Source: a virus (Duplodnaviria > Heunggongvirae > Uroviricota > Caudoviricetes). From it: 36,246 nt of DNA. Positions 1 to 8,916 of this stretch are shown in pieces. Position numbers and translations under genes: made by a program. A model generated the notes under the pieces. That model did not search any database. It was not told the origin of the DNA and worked only from the letters and a program-made list of their open reading frames with translations. The DNA is taken from IMG/VR virus record IMGVR_UViG_2563366806_000005, one strand, 5' to 3'. Numbering within the stretch: the first letter of the stretch is position 1; each line of letters starts with the position of its first letter.

Positions 1-1053
1 TTACGGGGTAATGCCAACCGCTGCCGCCACTTTGTCGCCACTTGGCAGCGTTGCCAGAGGATTGAAACGGAGCGCCGTTTCCAGATGATCCGGTGCCAGA
101 TGTGCGTAACGCATAGTCATTTTTATATCGTGGTGTCCGAGAATTTTTTGTAAGGCCAGAATGTTTCCACCCGACATCATGAAGTGCGCCGCAAACGTAT
201 GGCGCAGAACGTGTGTGAGTTGACCGCGAGGGAGCACGATAGACGTTTTTTCCATCACGGATAAAAATTGAAAATAGCAGTCTGTGAAGAAATTGAACCC
301 ATCAAGCGCCATGATCTCTTCGTAAAGCTCTTTACTGATAGGGATGCTTCTGTTTTTCTTCCCCTTCGTTCTTACAAAGGTAATTCGGTATTTGGTCACC
401 TGTGAACGAGTAAGATTTACGGCTTCTCGCCAGCGTGCGCCTGTGCTTAAGCATATCTTAACTACCAGTGCCAGAATTGGGTCCTGACGTTTGCAATCAG
501 CCAGTAATTCAACAATCTGCTCATGGGTAAGCCATGCCATCTCTTTTTCTGCGATGGTGAATTTTCGCATGTTCTCCAGTGGGTTCGGATACGACCATTC
601 GCCCAGGCGGGATAGTTCGCTAAAAACACTACTTAGATAGCTTTGCTCCAGGTTAATGGTGACCGGGCTTGCTCCTTTCTTCCATTTCTCGCTGAAGTAG
701 ATCTCACCTGTCAGGCGTTTATCTCGATAGTGGGCAAACATTTTAGAGGTTAGATCAGTTGCAAGGGGATTGCCCAGAGCGTCAACCATCAGCAGCAATT
801 TGTCATAGACATGCTGCCCAGCAGTCAGTGATTTACCATGTAGTTTGAACCATAGCTCAACCACGTCTTTCAGTGTTCGACGATCCACTGATTCACCTAG
901 CCAGGGCTTTGCTTCGGTTTCTTCCATCGTGTGACGCTCAAAAGCCAGTGCTTCGCCTTTGGTGGCGAATTGTTTACGCACACGACGCCCACTACGTCCG
1001 GCGGGGTAACATTCGCAAAGCCATTTTCCTGTGGTGAGTTTTCGTACAGCCAT
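1..1053 (-). CDS. int: Tyrosine recombinase / integrase (P2/186 Int family), about 350 aa
   Basis: C-terminal catalytic region HVLRHTFAAHFMMSGGNILALQKILGHHDIKMTMRYAHL (R..HxxR..Y signature); N-terminus MAVRKLTTGKW resembles P2 Int; ATG at 1053 preferred over the upstream in-frame start at 1131. Confidence 0.9.
   Translation of the reverse strand: MAVRKLTTGKWLCECYPAGRSGRRVRKQFATKGEALAFERHTMEETEAKPWLGESVDRRTLKDVVELWFKLHGKSLTAGQHVYDKLLLMVDALGNPLATDLTSKMFAHYRDKRLTGEIYFSEKWKKGASPVTINLEQSYLSSVFSELSRLGEWSYPNPLENMRKFTIAEKEMAWLTHEQIVELLADCKRQDPILALVVKICLSTGARWREAVNLTRSQVTKYRITFVRTKGKKNRSIPISKELYEEIMALDGFNFFTDCYFQFLSVMEKTSIVLPRGQLTHVLRHTFAAHFMMSGGNILALQKILGHHDIKMTMRYAHLAPDHLETALRFNPLATLPSGDKVAAAVGITP
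19..40. repeat. attL: Candidate attL core, cgctgccgccactttgtcgcca, direct repeat of 33392-33413
   Basis: 21 of 22 nt identical to the sequence immediately after the ogr stop codon; lies inside the 3' end of int, so the last int codons would be host-derived if this is the core. Confidence 0.4.
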
Positions 1054-1241
1054 AAAAAATGCCCTCCAATAGAGAGCATTTTTACTGTATGTATAACCAG
1101 TGTCAATGTATGAAATCCTGCGACCATACATCTCACTGAAGCCATAATGAAGTAGGCTATTCTTTTTGCTATGTGATCATGTAACTTTTGCGGTTAACCT
1201 GTGGCTCATTTTTATTTTAGGCGCAGATATAAAAGCAAAAG

Positions 1242-1433
1242 TTATCGTGAGTTTTTAGTACAGATTTTTTTGGATTTACTAATAGTTCCATCATTGCAAA
1301 CGAATTTGCCATCAGAGGTACAGTGAGAAACACCTCCCTTTTTCCCTGAGCAGGGATAATTTCTAGCATAGGTAGCTAGTGGGTTTAATAACAAAGAACA
1401 TGACAAAACCACAAAAAATACCTTACCAAGCAT
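1242..1433 (-). CDS. Small secreted cysteine-rich protein, 63 aa, with predicted signal peptide; cargo gene in the lysogenic operon
   Basis: Strong RBS GGAGG 5 nt before ATG; hydrophobic N-terminus [23 protein letters not shown] followed by about 40 aa with 6 Cys; AT-rich island between cI and int. Confidence 0.5.
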   Translation of the reverse strand: MLGKVFFVVLSCSLLLNPLATYARNYPCSGKKGGVSHCTSDGKFVCNDGTISKSKKICTKNSR

Positions 1434-1448
1434 AATTTCCTCCCGGTA

Positions 1449-2018
1449 CTATTTAACATACTTGACTGTTAAACTTATAATTTTACCAATTATTTCAATG
1501 TCTTCTATCTTACATTCAAAGGCTCTGTTTCCACCCTCGACGAAGATTCTTCCACCGGGTAAACGAGTAATGTCACGGATCGTTATTTCGCCATCAATAC
1601 TTATTACCCATTTACCATCACGTATATCATCAAATTCCTTATCACAAATAAATTCAGAATTATTATCTGTGATTACAAAAAGATTCTTGAATGCCGACGG
1701 TAGAAATTCTCTATCGAAAATATAAAAACCGTCTTCACACAAGGCCCCATCAGATAATACATATTTAGCAACTTCCATAGTATTTGTATTACCTGAAGTT
1801 TGCTTTGAACCATGCCCGGTTGTGAGCCAATTAAGCGAGGTGCCTGTTTCAAGGGCGCACTGGATTACCCATTCTGCTGGGAATGAGTCACGCATGTAGC
1901 GTGTGGCGAGTGTACTTTTAGAGATTCCTAAATGATCGCACAACGCCTGTCGAGTCTTGAATCCATAAGCTTCTACCATGCGCTCTATGGCGCCTCGTCC
2001 GCCTTTCTCCAAATTCAT
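1449..2018 (-). CDS. cI: CI-type immunity repressor (phage 186 CI-like)
   Basis: About 190 aa, N-terminal HTH-like segment (LCDHLGISKSTLATRYMRDSFP), position between int and apl, same strand as int; start taken at the ATG at 2018 with a GGAG RBS (track start 2024 is GTG). Confidence 0.75.
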   Translation of the reverse strand: MNLEKGGRGAIERMVEAYGFKTRQALCDHLGISKSTLATRYMRDSFPAEWVIQCALETGTSLNWLTTGHGSKQTSGNTNTMEVAKYVLSDGALCEDGFYIFDREFLPSAFKNLFVITDNNSEFICDKEFDDIRDGKWVISIDGEITIRDITRLPGGRIFVEGGNRAFECKIEDIEIIGKIISLTVKYVK

Positions 2019-2042
2019 GGTCACTCCAAGTGAACTTTTATC

Positions 2043-2071
2043 TTGACGATTTCACCGTGCGATCGTATGTT
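2043..2071 (+). promoter_or_regulatory. Candidate lytic promoter pR (-35 ttgacg, 17-bp spacer, -10 tatgtt) in the cI/apl switch region
   Basis: Sigma70-like hexamers read directly, about 75 nt upstream of apl. Confidence 0.3.
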
Positions 2072-2143
2072 TATGGTGTTCACAAAATACAAACGATCCG
2101 TATTCGTCCTGATTAATCATCATTAAACGAGGAATGTTGCATC

Positions 2144-2365
2144 ATGAGACCTAACATTTCAATCACTCTTACCACGCCTCATGTGACTATTGAACGCTAT
2201 AGCGAGCTGACAGGGCTATCCATCGATACCATCAATGACATGTTGGCTGATGGACGCCTTATCCGTCACCGTCTGCGCAAAGATAAAAAACGCGAAAAAG
2301 TGATGATCAACATAGCAGCAATGACCGTTGATGCGCTTTCAGAATGCAATCTAAACCTTAATTAG
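2144..2365 (+). CDS. apl: Apl/Cox-like small DNA-binding excisionase and repressor
   Basis: 73-aa ORF transcribed divergently from cI, immediately before cII, as in phage 186. Confidence 0.6.
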   Translation: MRPNISITLTTPHVTIERYSELTGLSIDTINDMLADGRLIRHRLRKDKKREKVMINIAAMTVDALSECNLNLN

Positions 2366-2397
2366 TTCGATTCTGAAATACATCAGAGGCATTGACC

Positions 2398-2907
2398 ATG
2401 TTTGATTACCAAGTTTCCAAACATCCACATTTTGATGAAGCCTGTCGTGCATTTGCACTGCGCCACAATCTGGTGCAACTGGCAGAACGTGCAGGCATGA
2501 ATGTGCAGATTCTGCGGAACAAGCTGAACCCAGCTCAGCCTCATTTATTAACCGCACCAGAAATCTGGCTGCTTACCGATCTGACTGAAGATTCAACGCT
2601 GGTAGATGGTTTTCTGGCACAGATTCATTGTCTGCCATGTGTACCGATTAATGAGGTGGCAAAAGAGAAACTGCCACATTACGTCATGAGTGCAACCGCA
2701 GAGATCGGGCGTGTTGCTGCAGGTGCGGTGTCTGGCGATGTAAAAACCTGTGCCGGTCGTCGTGATGCTATCAGCAGCATTAACTCTGTAACACGACTGA
2801 TGGCGCTGGCGGCTGTTTCATTGCAGGCCCGTTTACAGACTAATCCTGCGATGGCGAGTGCAGTTGATACCGTGACTGGCCTCGGTGCTTCATTTGGTTT
2901 GCTGTGA
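2398..2907 (+). CDS. cII: CII-like lysogeny establishment activator (186 CII-like), 169 aa
   Basis: Position after apl; ATG at 2398 with RBS agagg; length matches my recollection of 186 CII. Confidence 0.65.
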   Translation: MFDYQVSKHPHFDEACRAFALRHNLVQLAERAGMNVQILRNKLNPAQPHLLTAPEIWLLTDLTEDSTLVDGFLAQIHCLPCVPINEVAKEKLPHYVMSATAEIGRVAAGAVSGDVKTCAGRRDAISSINSVTRLMALAAVSLQARLQTNPAMASAVDTVTGLGASFGLL

Positions 2908-2914
2908 GGTGCTT

Positions 2915-3115
2915 ATGCTGACGAAAGAACCATCATTTGCATCGCTGCTGGTTAAACAAAGCCCGGCAATGCATTACGGTCACGGCTGGATCATGGGGGA
3001 GGATGGTAAACGCTGGCATCCGTGCCGTTCACAAGATGAATTGCTGGCAGAACTATCTACGAAAAAACGGGGGAACAAATGGCTATTGAAGGCACTGCGG
3101 CGACTGTTCCATTAA
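2915..3115 (+). CDS. Hypothetical early protein, 66 aa
   Basis: ORF with RBS gaggtg before ATG 2915; in the early operon at the position of 186 fil/dhr; no recognisable motif. Confidence 0.35.
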   Translation: MLTKEPSFASLLVKQSPAMHYGHGWIMGEDGKRWHPCRSQDELLAELSTKKRGNKWLLKALRRLFH

Positions 3116-3420
3116 GCCCCGGTGAACGCCTGAATGGACTTAATCACATTGCGGAGTTAAGGGCGAAAGTTTTTGGCCTGAATATTGAGTCAGAGCTTGA
3201 GCGGTTTATTAAAGATATGCGTGATTCACGGGATATTAATAGCGAACAAAATAAACGGGCACTGGCTGCTATATTCTTTATGGCAAAAATTCCAGCTGAA
3301 CGTCATAGCATCAGCATTAATGAGCTGACCACTGACGAAAAGCGGGAGTTGATTAAAGCAATGAATCATTTTCGTGCAGTGGTGAGCTTATTTCCCAGAC
3401 GGCTAACCATGCCGAATTAA
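3079..3420 (+). CDS. Hypothetical early protein, 113 aa
   Basis: ORF with RBS gggggaa before ATG; early operon. Confidence 0.5.
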   Translation: MAIEGTAATVPLSPGERLNGLNHIAELRAKVFGLNIESELERFIKDMRDSRDINSEQNKRALAAIFFMAKIPAERHSISINELTTDEKRELIKAMNHFRAVVSLFPRRLTMPN

Positions 3421-3487
3421 CCAACTAATGAAATTAATGGCGTAAACCCGCCGGGCATCCCTTTATCTAAATTCAGGAGAATTGATT

Positions 3488-3721
3488 ATGCGTAATATTG
3501 AAACCCTCTCGACCAAAACCGGACCGGATGACGCAGGGCTTAATATTTTACTGACAGAGGCTCGTCTGGAAGAACGCCGGGCAAGGGCTGAAGCAATGGC
3601 AGCTCGCCTTGATAGCCTGGCGTGTCATATCACATCCCGCCAGCTAACCCACGTCGAAGCGGCAGAACTGCTTCGTGTGACTGCTGAAGCAATCCAGAAC
3701 GAAGCGCAGGAGATCCACTAA
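3488..3721 (+). CDS. Hypothetical early protein, 77 aa
   Basis: RBS aggaga 7 nt before ATG 3488; stop overlaps next start (TAATG). Confidence 0.5.
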   Translation: MRNIETLSTKTGPDDAGLNILLTEARLEERRARAEAMAARLDSLACHITSRQLTHVEAAELLRVTAEAIQNEAQEIH

Positions 3722-3948
3722 TGGCTGATGCAATGGATCTCGTACAGCAGCGCGTTGAAGAAGAACGCCAACGCCATATCCGTGCTGCCCGTGCCAAAAC
3801 GCCGGGCGTGTCCCGCGTGCTTTGCATTGAGTGTGAAGCGCCAATTACGCCAGCACGCCGCCGTGCCATTCCGGGTGTGCAGCTTTGCATTACCTGTCAG
3901 GAAATCGCAGAGCTGAAAGGCAAACATTACAACGGAGGTGCTGTATGA
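3721..3948 (+). CDS. TraR/DksA-family C4 zinc-finger protein
   Basis: CIECEAPI..(17 aa)..CITCQ four-cysteine motif in a 75-aa protein; translationally coupled to dam (ATGA overlap). Confidence 0.7.
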   Translation: MADAMDLVQQRVEEERQRHIRAARAKTPGVSRVLCIECEAPITPARRRAIPGVQLCITCQEIAELKGKHYNGGAV

Positions 3949-4802
3949 GCACCATCCTGAAATGGGCGGGAAATAAAACTGCCATAATGTCCGAACTAAA
4001 AAAACATCTTCCTGCTGGCCCGCGACTGGTTGAACCTTTCGCGGGTTCCTGTGCTGTGATGATGGAGACGGATTATCCCAGCTATCTGGTTGCGGATATT
4101 AATCCTGATTTAATCAACCTCTATAAAAAGGTTGCCGCTGATTGTGAATCGTTTATATCTCGCGCCAGAGTTTTATTTGAGATCGCAAACAGGGAGATGG
4201 CTTATTACAACATAAGGCAGGAGTTTAATTACTCAACTGAAATTACTGATTTCATGAAAGCGGTATATTTCCTGTATCTCAATCGTCACGGTTACCGTGG
4301 TTTATGTCGCTATAACAAGAGCGGGCATTTCAACATTCCCTACGGTAATTATAAAAATCCGTATTTCCCTGAAAAAGAAATTCGCGCATTTGCAGAAAAG
4401 GCCCAGCGAGCAACGTTTATCTGCGCCAGCTTTGATGAAACGCTGGCGATGTTGAAGGCGGGGGATGTGGTGTATTGCGATCCGCCGTATGACGGTACGT
4501 TTTCCGGCTATCACACTGACGGCTTCACTGAAGATGACCAGTATCACCTGGCATCTGTTCTTGAACATCGGTCATCAGAAGGACATCCGGTCATTGTTTC
4601 TAACAGTGACACATCCCTGATCCGTTCGCTGTATCGCAATTTTACTCACCACTACATCAAGGCAAAACGCAGCATCGGTGTGGCAGCTGGCGAGGGTAAA
4701 TCAGCAACAGAAATCATTGCTGTTTCCGGGCCGCGCTGCTGGGTGGGATTTGATTATTCGCGTGGCGTGGATAGTTCTGCCGTGTACGGAGTACATGCAT
4801 GA
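3945..4802 (+). CDS. dam: DNA adenine methyltransferase (Dam family, GATC-type), orphan
   Basis: N-terminal AdoMet motif [11 protein letters not shown] and catalytic DPPY motif (VYCDPPYDG); RBS ggagg before ATG 3945; no adjacent restriction gene. Confidence 0.85.
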   Translation: MSTILKWAGNKTAIMSELKKHLPAGPRLVEPFAGSCAVMMETDYPSYLVADINPDLINLYKKVAADCESFISRARVLFEIANREMAYYNIRQEFNYSTEITDFMKAVYFLYLNRHGYRGLCRYNKSGHFNIPYGNYKNPYFPEKEIRAFAEKAQRATFICASFDETLAMLKAGDVVYCDPPYDGTFSGYHTDGFTEDDQYHLASVLEHRSSEGHPVIVSNSDTSLIRSLYRNFTHHYIKAKRSIGVAAGEGKSATEIIAVSGPRCWVGFDYSRGVDSSAVYGVHA

Positions 4803-7213
4803 GTCATGCCGATATGAACAACTGCTGCGGCTTTAACGAAGCTGCCGCATCGTTCTCATGGAACAGCCCGAAAAAGGCCATTAACCCTTATCTGGACCCG
4901 GTGGAAGTTGCGCCGGTTTCTACGCTTTCAAACCTGATCACTCTGTACGCTGCCGATAACGAGCAGGAACAGCTGCGCCGTGAGGCGCTGAGTGATCAGG
5001 TCTGGGAGCGTTATTTCTTTAATGAATCCCGTGATCCTGTCCAGCGCGAAATGGAACAGGATAAGCTCATTAGTCGGGCAAAGCTGGCGCATGAGCAGCA
5101 GCGTTTTAATCCGGATATGGTCATTCTGGCGGACGTCAACGCCCAGCCTTCCCATATCAGCAAGCCGCTGATGCAACGTATTGAATACTTCAGCAGCCTG
5201 GGCAGGCCAAAGGCTTATTCCCGCTATTTACGTGAGACGATTAAGCCATGTCTGGAACGACTGGAGCATGTACGCGACAGTCAGCTATCTGCATCTTTTC
5301 GCTTTATGGCAAGCCATGAAGGGCTGGACGGCCTGCTGATCCTGCCTGAAATGAGTCAGGATCAGGTGAAACGCCTGTCCACCCTGGTAGCTGCGCATAT
5401 GAGTATGTGCCTTGATGCCGCTTGTGGCGATTTGTATGCCACCGATGACGTTAAGCCAGAAGAAATCCGCAATACATGGGAAAGGGTGGCAGCGGAAACC
5501 CTGCGTCTGGATGTCATCCCGCCTGCGTTTGAGCAACTCCGTCGGAAAAGAAACCGCCGTAAACCCGTGCCCTATGAACTCATTCCGGGTTCGCTGGCGC
5601 GTATGTTGTGCGCCGACTGGTGGTATCGGAAATTATGGAAGATGCGTTGCGAATGGCGGGAAGAGCAGTTGCGTGCTGTCTGCCTTGTCAGCAAAAAAGC
5701 ATCTCCCTATGTCAGCTATGAAGCCGTGTTGCATAAACGTGAGCAGCGCCGTAAGTCGCTGGAGTTTTTCCGTTCTCATGAACTGGTGAACGAAGACGGC
5801 GACACGCTAGACATGGAGGATGTGGTAAACGCCAGCAGCAGCAACCCTGCGCATCGCCGCAATGAGATGATGGCCTGTGTTAAAGGTCTGGAGCTTATCG
5901 CGGAAATGCGCGGTGACTGCGCCGTTTTCTACACCATCACCTGTCCGTCACGTTTCCATTCCACGCTAAATAACGGCAGGCCCAATCCGACCTGGACAAA
6001 TGCGACGGTAAGACAAAGCAGCGATTATCTGGTCGGTATGTTTGCTGCATTTCGTAAGGCGATGCACAAAGCCGGGTTGCGCTGGTATGGCGTGCGGGTG
6101 GCTGAGCCGCATCACGACGGCACAGTTCACTGGCACCTGTTGTGTTTCATGCGCAAAAAAGACCGCCGCGCCATTACAGCATTGTTGCGTAAGTTTGCTA
6201 TCCGTGAAGACCGCGAGGAGCTGGGCAATAACACGGGGCCGCGCTTTAAGTCTGAGCTGATTAACCCGCGCAAAGGAACGCCGACAAGCTACATAGCGAA
6301 ATACATCAGTAAGAACATTGACGGGCGTGGTCTGGCTGGCGAGATCAGCAAGGAAACGGGTAAATCTCTGCGTGATAACGCTGAATACGTGAATGCCTGG
6401 GCGTCTTTGCATCGTGTTCAGCAATTCCGCTTCTTTGGCATTCCGGGGCGTCAGGCTTACCGTGAACTGCGATTGCTGGCTGGTCAGGCGGTAAGGCAAA
6501 AGGGGGACAAAAAAGCAGGTGCGCCGGTACTGGATAACCCGCGCCTTGATGCCATCCTGGCTGCTGCTGATGCTGGTTGTTTTGCCACCTACATCATGAA
6601 GCAGGGCGGCGTACTGGTTCCCCGTAAATATCACCTCATCAGAACCGCTTATGAAATCAACGAAGAGCCGACCGCCTATGGCGATCACGGCATTCGTATT
6701 TATGGCATCTGGTCACCCATTGCAGAGGGCAAGATCTGCACTCATGCAGTGAAGTGGAAAATGGTTCGTAAAGCCGTTGACGTTCAGGAGGCGGCAGCCG
6801 ACCAGGGCGCTTGCGCCCCTTGGACTCGTGGCAATAACTGTCCCCTTGCTGAAAATTTGAACCAACAAGGGAAAGACAAATCAGCTGATGGGGATACCAG
6901 GACGGACATTACCCGCATGGATGACAAGGCGTTGCACGATTACCTGCACAGTATGAGCAAAAAAGAGCGCCGGGAACTAGCTGCAAGGTTACGCCTGGTG
7001 AAACCGAAACGGCGTAAAGACTACAAACAGCGAATTACAGACCATCAGCGACAGCAGCTCGTCTATGAACTGAAGTCCAGAGGATTTGATGGCAGCGAGA
7101 AAGAGGTCGATTTACTCCTTCGCGGCGGCAGTATTCCGTCAGGAGCAGGCCTGCGTATCTTCTATCGGAACCAGCGTTTGCAGGAAGATGATAAGTGGCG
7201 AAACCTGTATTAA
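4799..7213 (+). CDS. A: Replication initiation endonuclease A (P2 gpA / 186 A, rolling-circle initiator)
   Basis: 804-aa protein with [10 protein letters not shown] and HWHLLCF motifs typical of P2 A; position after early genes. Confidence 0.85.
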   Translation: MSHADMNNCCGFNEAAASFSWNSPKKAINPYLDPVEVAPVSTLSNLITLYAADNEQEQLRREALSDQVWERYFFNESRDPVQREMEQDKLISRAKLAHEQQRFNPDMVILADVNAQPSHISKPLMQRIEYFSSLGRPKAYSRYLRETIKPCLERLEHVRDSQLSASFRFMASHEGLDGLLILPEMSQDQVKRLSTLVAAHMSMCLDAACGDLYATDDVKPEEIRNTWERVAAETLRLDVIPPAFEQLRRKRNRRKPVPYELIPGSLARMLCADWWYRKLWKMRCEWREEQLRAVCLVSKKASPYVSYEAVLHKREQRRKSLEFFRSHELVNEDGDTLDMEDVVNASSSNPAHRRNEMMACVKGLELIAEMRGDCAVFYTITCPSRFHSTLNNGRPNPTWTNATVRQSSDYLVGMFAAFRKAMHKAGLRWYGVRVAEPHHDGTVHWHLLCFMRKKDRRAITALLRKFAIREDREELGNNTGPRFKSELINPRKGTPTSYIAKYISKNIDGRGLAGEISKETGKSLRDNAEYVNAWASLHRVQQFRFFGIPGRQAYRELRLLAGQAVRQKGDKKAGAPVLDNPRLDAILAAADAGCFATYIMKQGGVLVPRKYHLIRTAYEINEEPTAYGDHGIRIYGIWSPIAEGKICTHAVKWKMVRKAVDVQEAAADQGACAPWTRGNNCPLAENLNQQGKDKSADGDTRTDITRMDDKALHDYLHSMSKKERRELAARLRLVKPKRRKDYKQRITDHQRQQLVYELKSRGFDGSEKEVDLLLRGGSIPSGAGLRIFYRNQRLQEDDKWRNLY

Positions 7214-7305
7214 TTACGCGGGTTAACAATTCGTGCTCTTAATAATACCAGGCATATCAGGCTGATGAACGTAAAAAAACGTTTTACATCAGTAAGATTA
7301 TTATA

Positions 7306-7325
7306 TACTGTAAATATAAACAGTG
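7306..7325 (+). promoter_or_regulatory. LexA operator (SOS box) tACTGTaaatataaACAGtg upstream of tum
   Basis: Perfect CTGT-N8-ACAG with AT-rich spacer, about 45 nt upstream of the tum start. Confidence 0.75.
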
Positions 7326-7366
7326 GTTATACATACAGTATTGCTTGTGGTGTCATAGGAGGAAAG

Positions 7367-7555
7367 ATGCAGGACTATTTTTTGGAGTCTTTGAAGCTCC
7401 AGCGCATTGATTTTTTTCTTAAACTTGTAGCGGCTAGTGAGTGTAGTGATGAAGAGAAGGGGCTGGCTTTGCAGTGGGTTTCTGAACTGACAGATGAACT
7501 CATGGCAAAAATCAGAACCCACGAATACAACCGCTCAATGGATGTCATCAGCTGA
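7367..7555 (+). CDS. tum: Tum-like antirepressor, N-terminal part (62 aa)
   Basis: RBS aggagg before ATG 7367; downstream of the LexA box as for 186 tum; overlaps the next ORF in another frame. Confidence 0.5.
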   Translation: MQDYFLESLKLQRIDFFLKLVAASECSDEEKGLALQWVSELTDELMAKIRTHEYNRSMDVIS

Positions 7556-7565
7556 GGTGACTTTT

Positions 7566-7799
7566 ATGCGCATTGAAATAATGATCGATAAAGAGCAGAA
7601 GATTAGCCAGTCTACCCTGGACGCCCTTGAATCCGAGCTTTACCGCAATCTGCGCCCCCTGTATCCAAAAACGGTAATTCGCATCCGCAAAGGTAGCTCT
7701 AACGGTGTGGAACTGACCGGACTGCAACTGGACGAAGAAAGGAAGCAAGTGATGAAAATTATGCAGAAGGTGTGGGAAGACGACAGCTGGCTGCATTAA
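7566..7799 (+). CDS. DinI-like protein (Tum C-terminal-like module)
   Basis: MRIEIMIDKEQKISQSTLDALESELYRNL...KIMQKVWEDDSWLH resembles E. coli DinI (MRIEVTIAK...ETWESADDWF); RBS gaggtg. Confidence 0.7.
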   Translation: MRIEIMIDKEQKISQSTLDALESELYRNLRPLYPKTVIRIRKGSSNGVELTGLQLDEERKQVMKIMQKVWEDDSWLH

Positions 7800-7921
7800 G
7801 AAACGTTGCTGGCGTCTGAACTTGCTTCTGGCGTCAGCAAGGTTGAACAACGAGCTGTGCGAGGCGTTAGTTGATATAGTATCAATATATAAAAGGTTTC
7901 TCGAAGTTTTAAGGTAAGGTT

Positions 7922-8641
7922 ATGACAACTATTAACAAGCATGGGTTATCTAGAACAATTCCTGAACCTGTAAAACTGGAGGTAAGGCAGCGCTGTGGCT
8001 TCGGTTGCGTTGTTTGTGCTTCTCCCATTGTTGAGTATGAGCATGTAATTCCCACATACGCTGATGCAAAGGAGCACTCTCCAAATGCAATAGCACTACT
8101 TTGTCCTACGTGCCATGCGAAAGTAACGAAACGTCTTTACTCTAAAGAGAAAATAATTAAAGCAATGGAATCTCCTGCAGCCTTACAAAAAGGGAATGTG
8201 GCCGATATATTGGACTTTTCTGATAGGCATCCAACAATAATATTTGGTGGTGCGACGTTTGAATCCTGTACTGTACCAATAATGTTTCAAAATGAGCCAT
8301 TGTTAACCATTGAAAAAGAAAATAATGCTTTTCTTATTTCGGGTAAATTTTACGATAGTCAAGGTATTGTTAATCTTGAATTAATTAAGAATGAGTGGGT
8401 TTGTAGTGCAAGGCATTGGGATGTTCAGGTTGTCGGTCCTAGAATAACTATTATAGAAAAAAGGAAAGGTCCTCGTTTAATTATTAAAGTTGATGCGCCT
8501 GAAAGATTGATTGTGGAAAGATTAGATATGTTGGTTAAGGGGACTCGGATTGTAGGAGACGAACACAAGCTAAGAGTAGGTCCACATCAATTTCACAACT
8601 GTGGAGTTTCAAATTGCAATATTGGTTTCTGCTTTGGCTAA
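7922..8641 (+). CDS. Uncharacterised HNH-motif (zinc-finger nuclease-like) protein, 239 aa; candidate accessory or defence gene
   Basis: CGFGCVVC...EYEHVIP...N..LLCPTCH (CxxC..H..N..CxxCH HNH-type signature) at the N-terminus; AT-rich; located between tum and cos, the P2 old/tin-equivalent position. Confidence 0.55.
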   Translation: MTTINKHGLSRTIPEPVKLEVRQRCGFGCVVCASPIVEYEHVIPTYADAKEHSPNAIALLCPTCHAKVTKRLYSKEKIIKAMESPAALQKGNVADILDFSDRHPTIIFGGATFESCTVPIMFQNEPLLTIEKENNAFLISGKFYDSQGIVNLELIKNEWVCSARHWDVQVVGPRITIIEKRKGPRLIIKVDAPERLIVERLDMLVKGTRIVGDEHKLRVGPHQFHNCGVSNCNIGFCFG

Positions 8642-8754
8642 CTGGAGGTTGGAAAAAGACCATTTCCTATAAGCTGAGTATTTCGTACATTTTTGCCAAC
8701 GCATGTCTATGCCGCATGAAATCGCATGATCGTTTGAGGATCGTTTTTGCTGAT

Positions 8755-8779
8755 GCCCGCCAGAGCTGGCGGGCTTTTG
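8755..8779 (+). terminator. Rho-independent terminator after the HNH gene
   Basis: gcccgcc-agagct-ggcgggc stem-loop followed by tttt. Confidence 0.5.
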
Positions 8780-8823
8780 CTTATGTCATGCAGGTGCATG
8801 AAAACCACTACACAAAGCGGGCA

Positions 8824-8842
8824 GGCGTGGCGGGGATACGAG
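8824..8842. other. cos: Candidate cos (cohesive end) sequence GGCGTGGCGGGGATACGAG
   Basis: Resembles the P2/186 cohesive-end sequence as I recall it (GGCG[A/T]GGCGGGGAAAGCA.) followed by GCGCGC; located between the right-end genes and portal Q, where cos lies in P2. Confidence 0.4.
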
Positions 8843-8864
8843 CGCGCGCCATGTGGTATGGAGA

Positions 8865-8893
8865 TTGGATCTATTCATAACTTGATGTATAAA
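8865..8893 (+). promoter_or_regulatory. Candidate retron operon promoter (-35 ttggat, 17-bp spacer, -10 tataaa)
   Basis: Hexamers read directly, about 25 nt upstream of the effector start. Confidence 0.35.
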
Positions 8894-8916
8894 GTAGAAA
8901 AAAAAGCGGGGAGATT

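Noticed and set aside
1-1131. Longer int ORF starting at 1131 (376 aa)
   Set aside because: The first 26 codons (MYGRRISYIDTGYTYS...) do not resemble an integrase N-terminus; the ATG at 1053 gives MAVRKLTTGKW, which matches P2-family Int
5966-6688. 240-aa antisense ORF inside replication gene A
   Set aside because: Fully embedded antisense in a well-supported gene, no RBS; typical spurious open frame in GC-rich coding DNA
7265-7366. Upstream extension of the tum ORF (start at 7265)
   Set aside because: Would read through the LexA operator and promoter; the ATG at 7367 has a strong aggagg RBS
8614-8880. 88-aa ORF between the HNH gene and the retron
   Set aside because: Spans a terminator hairpin and the candidate cos site; no RBS; more likely non-coding
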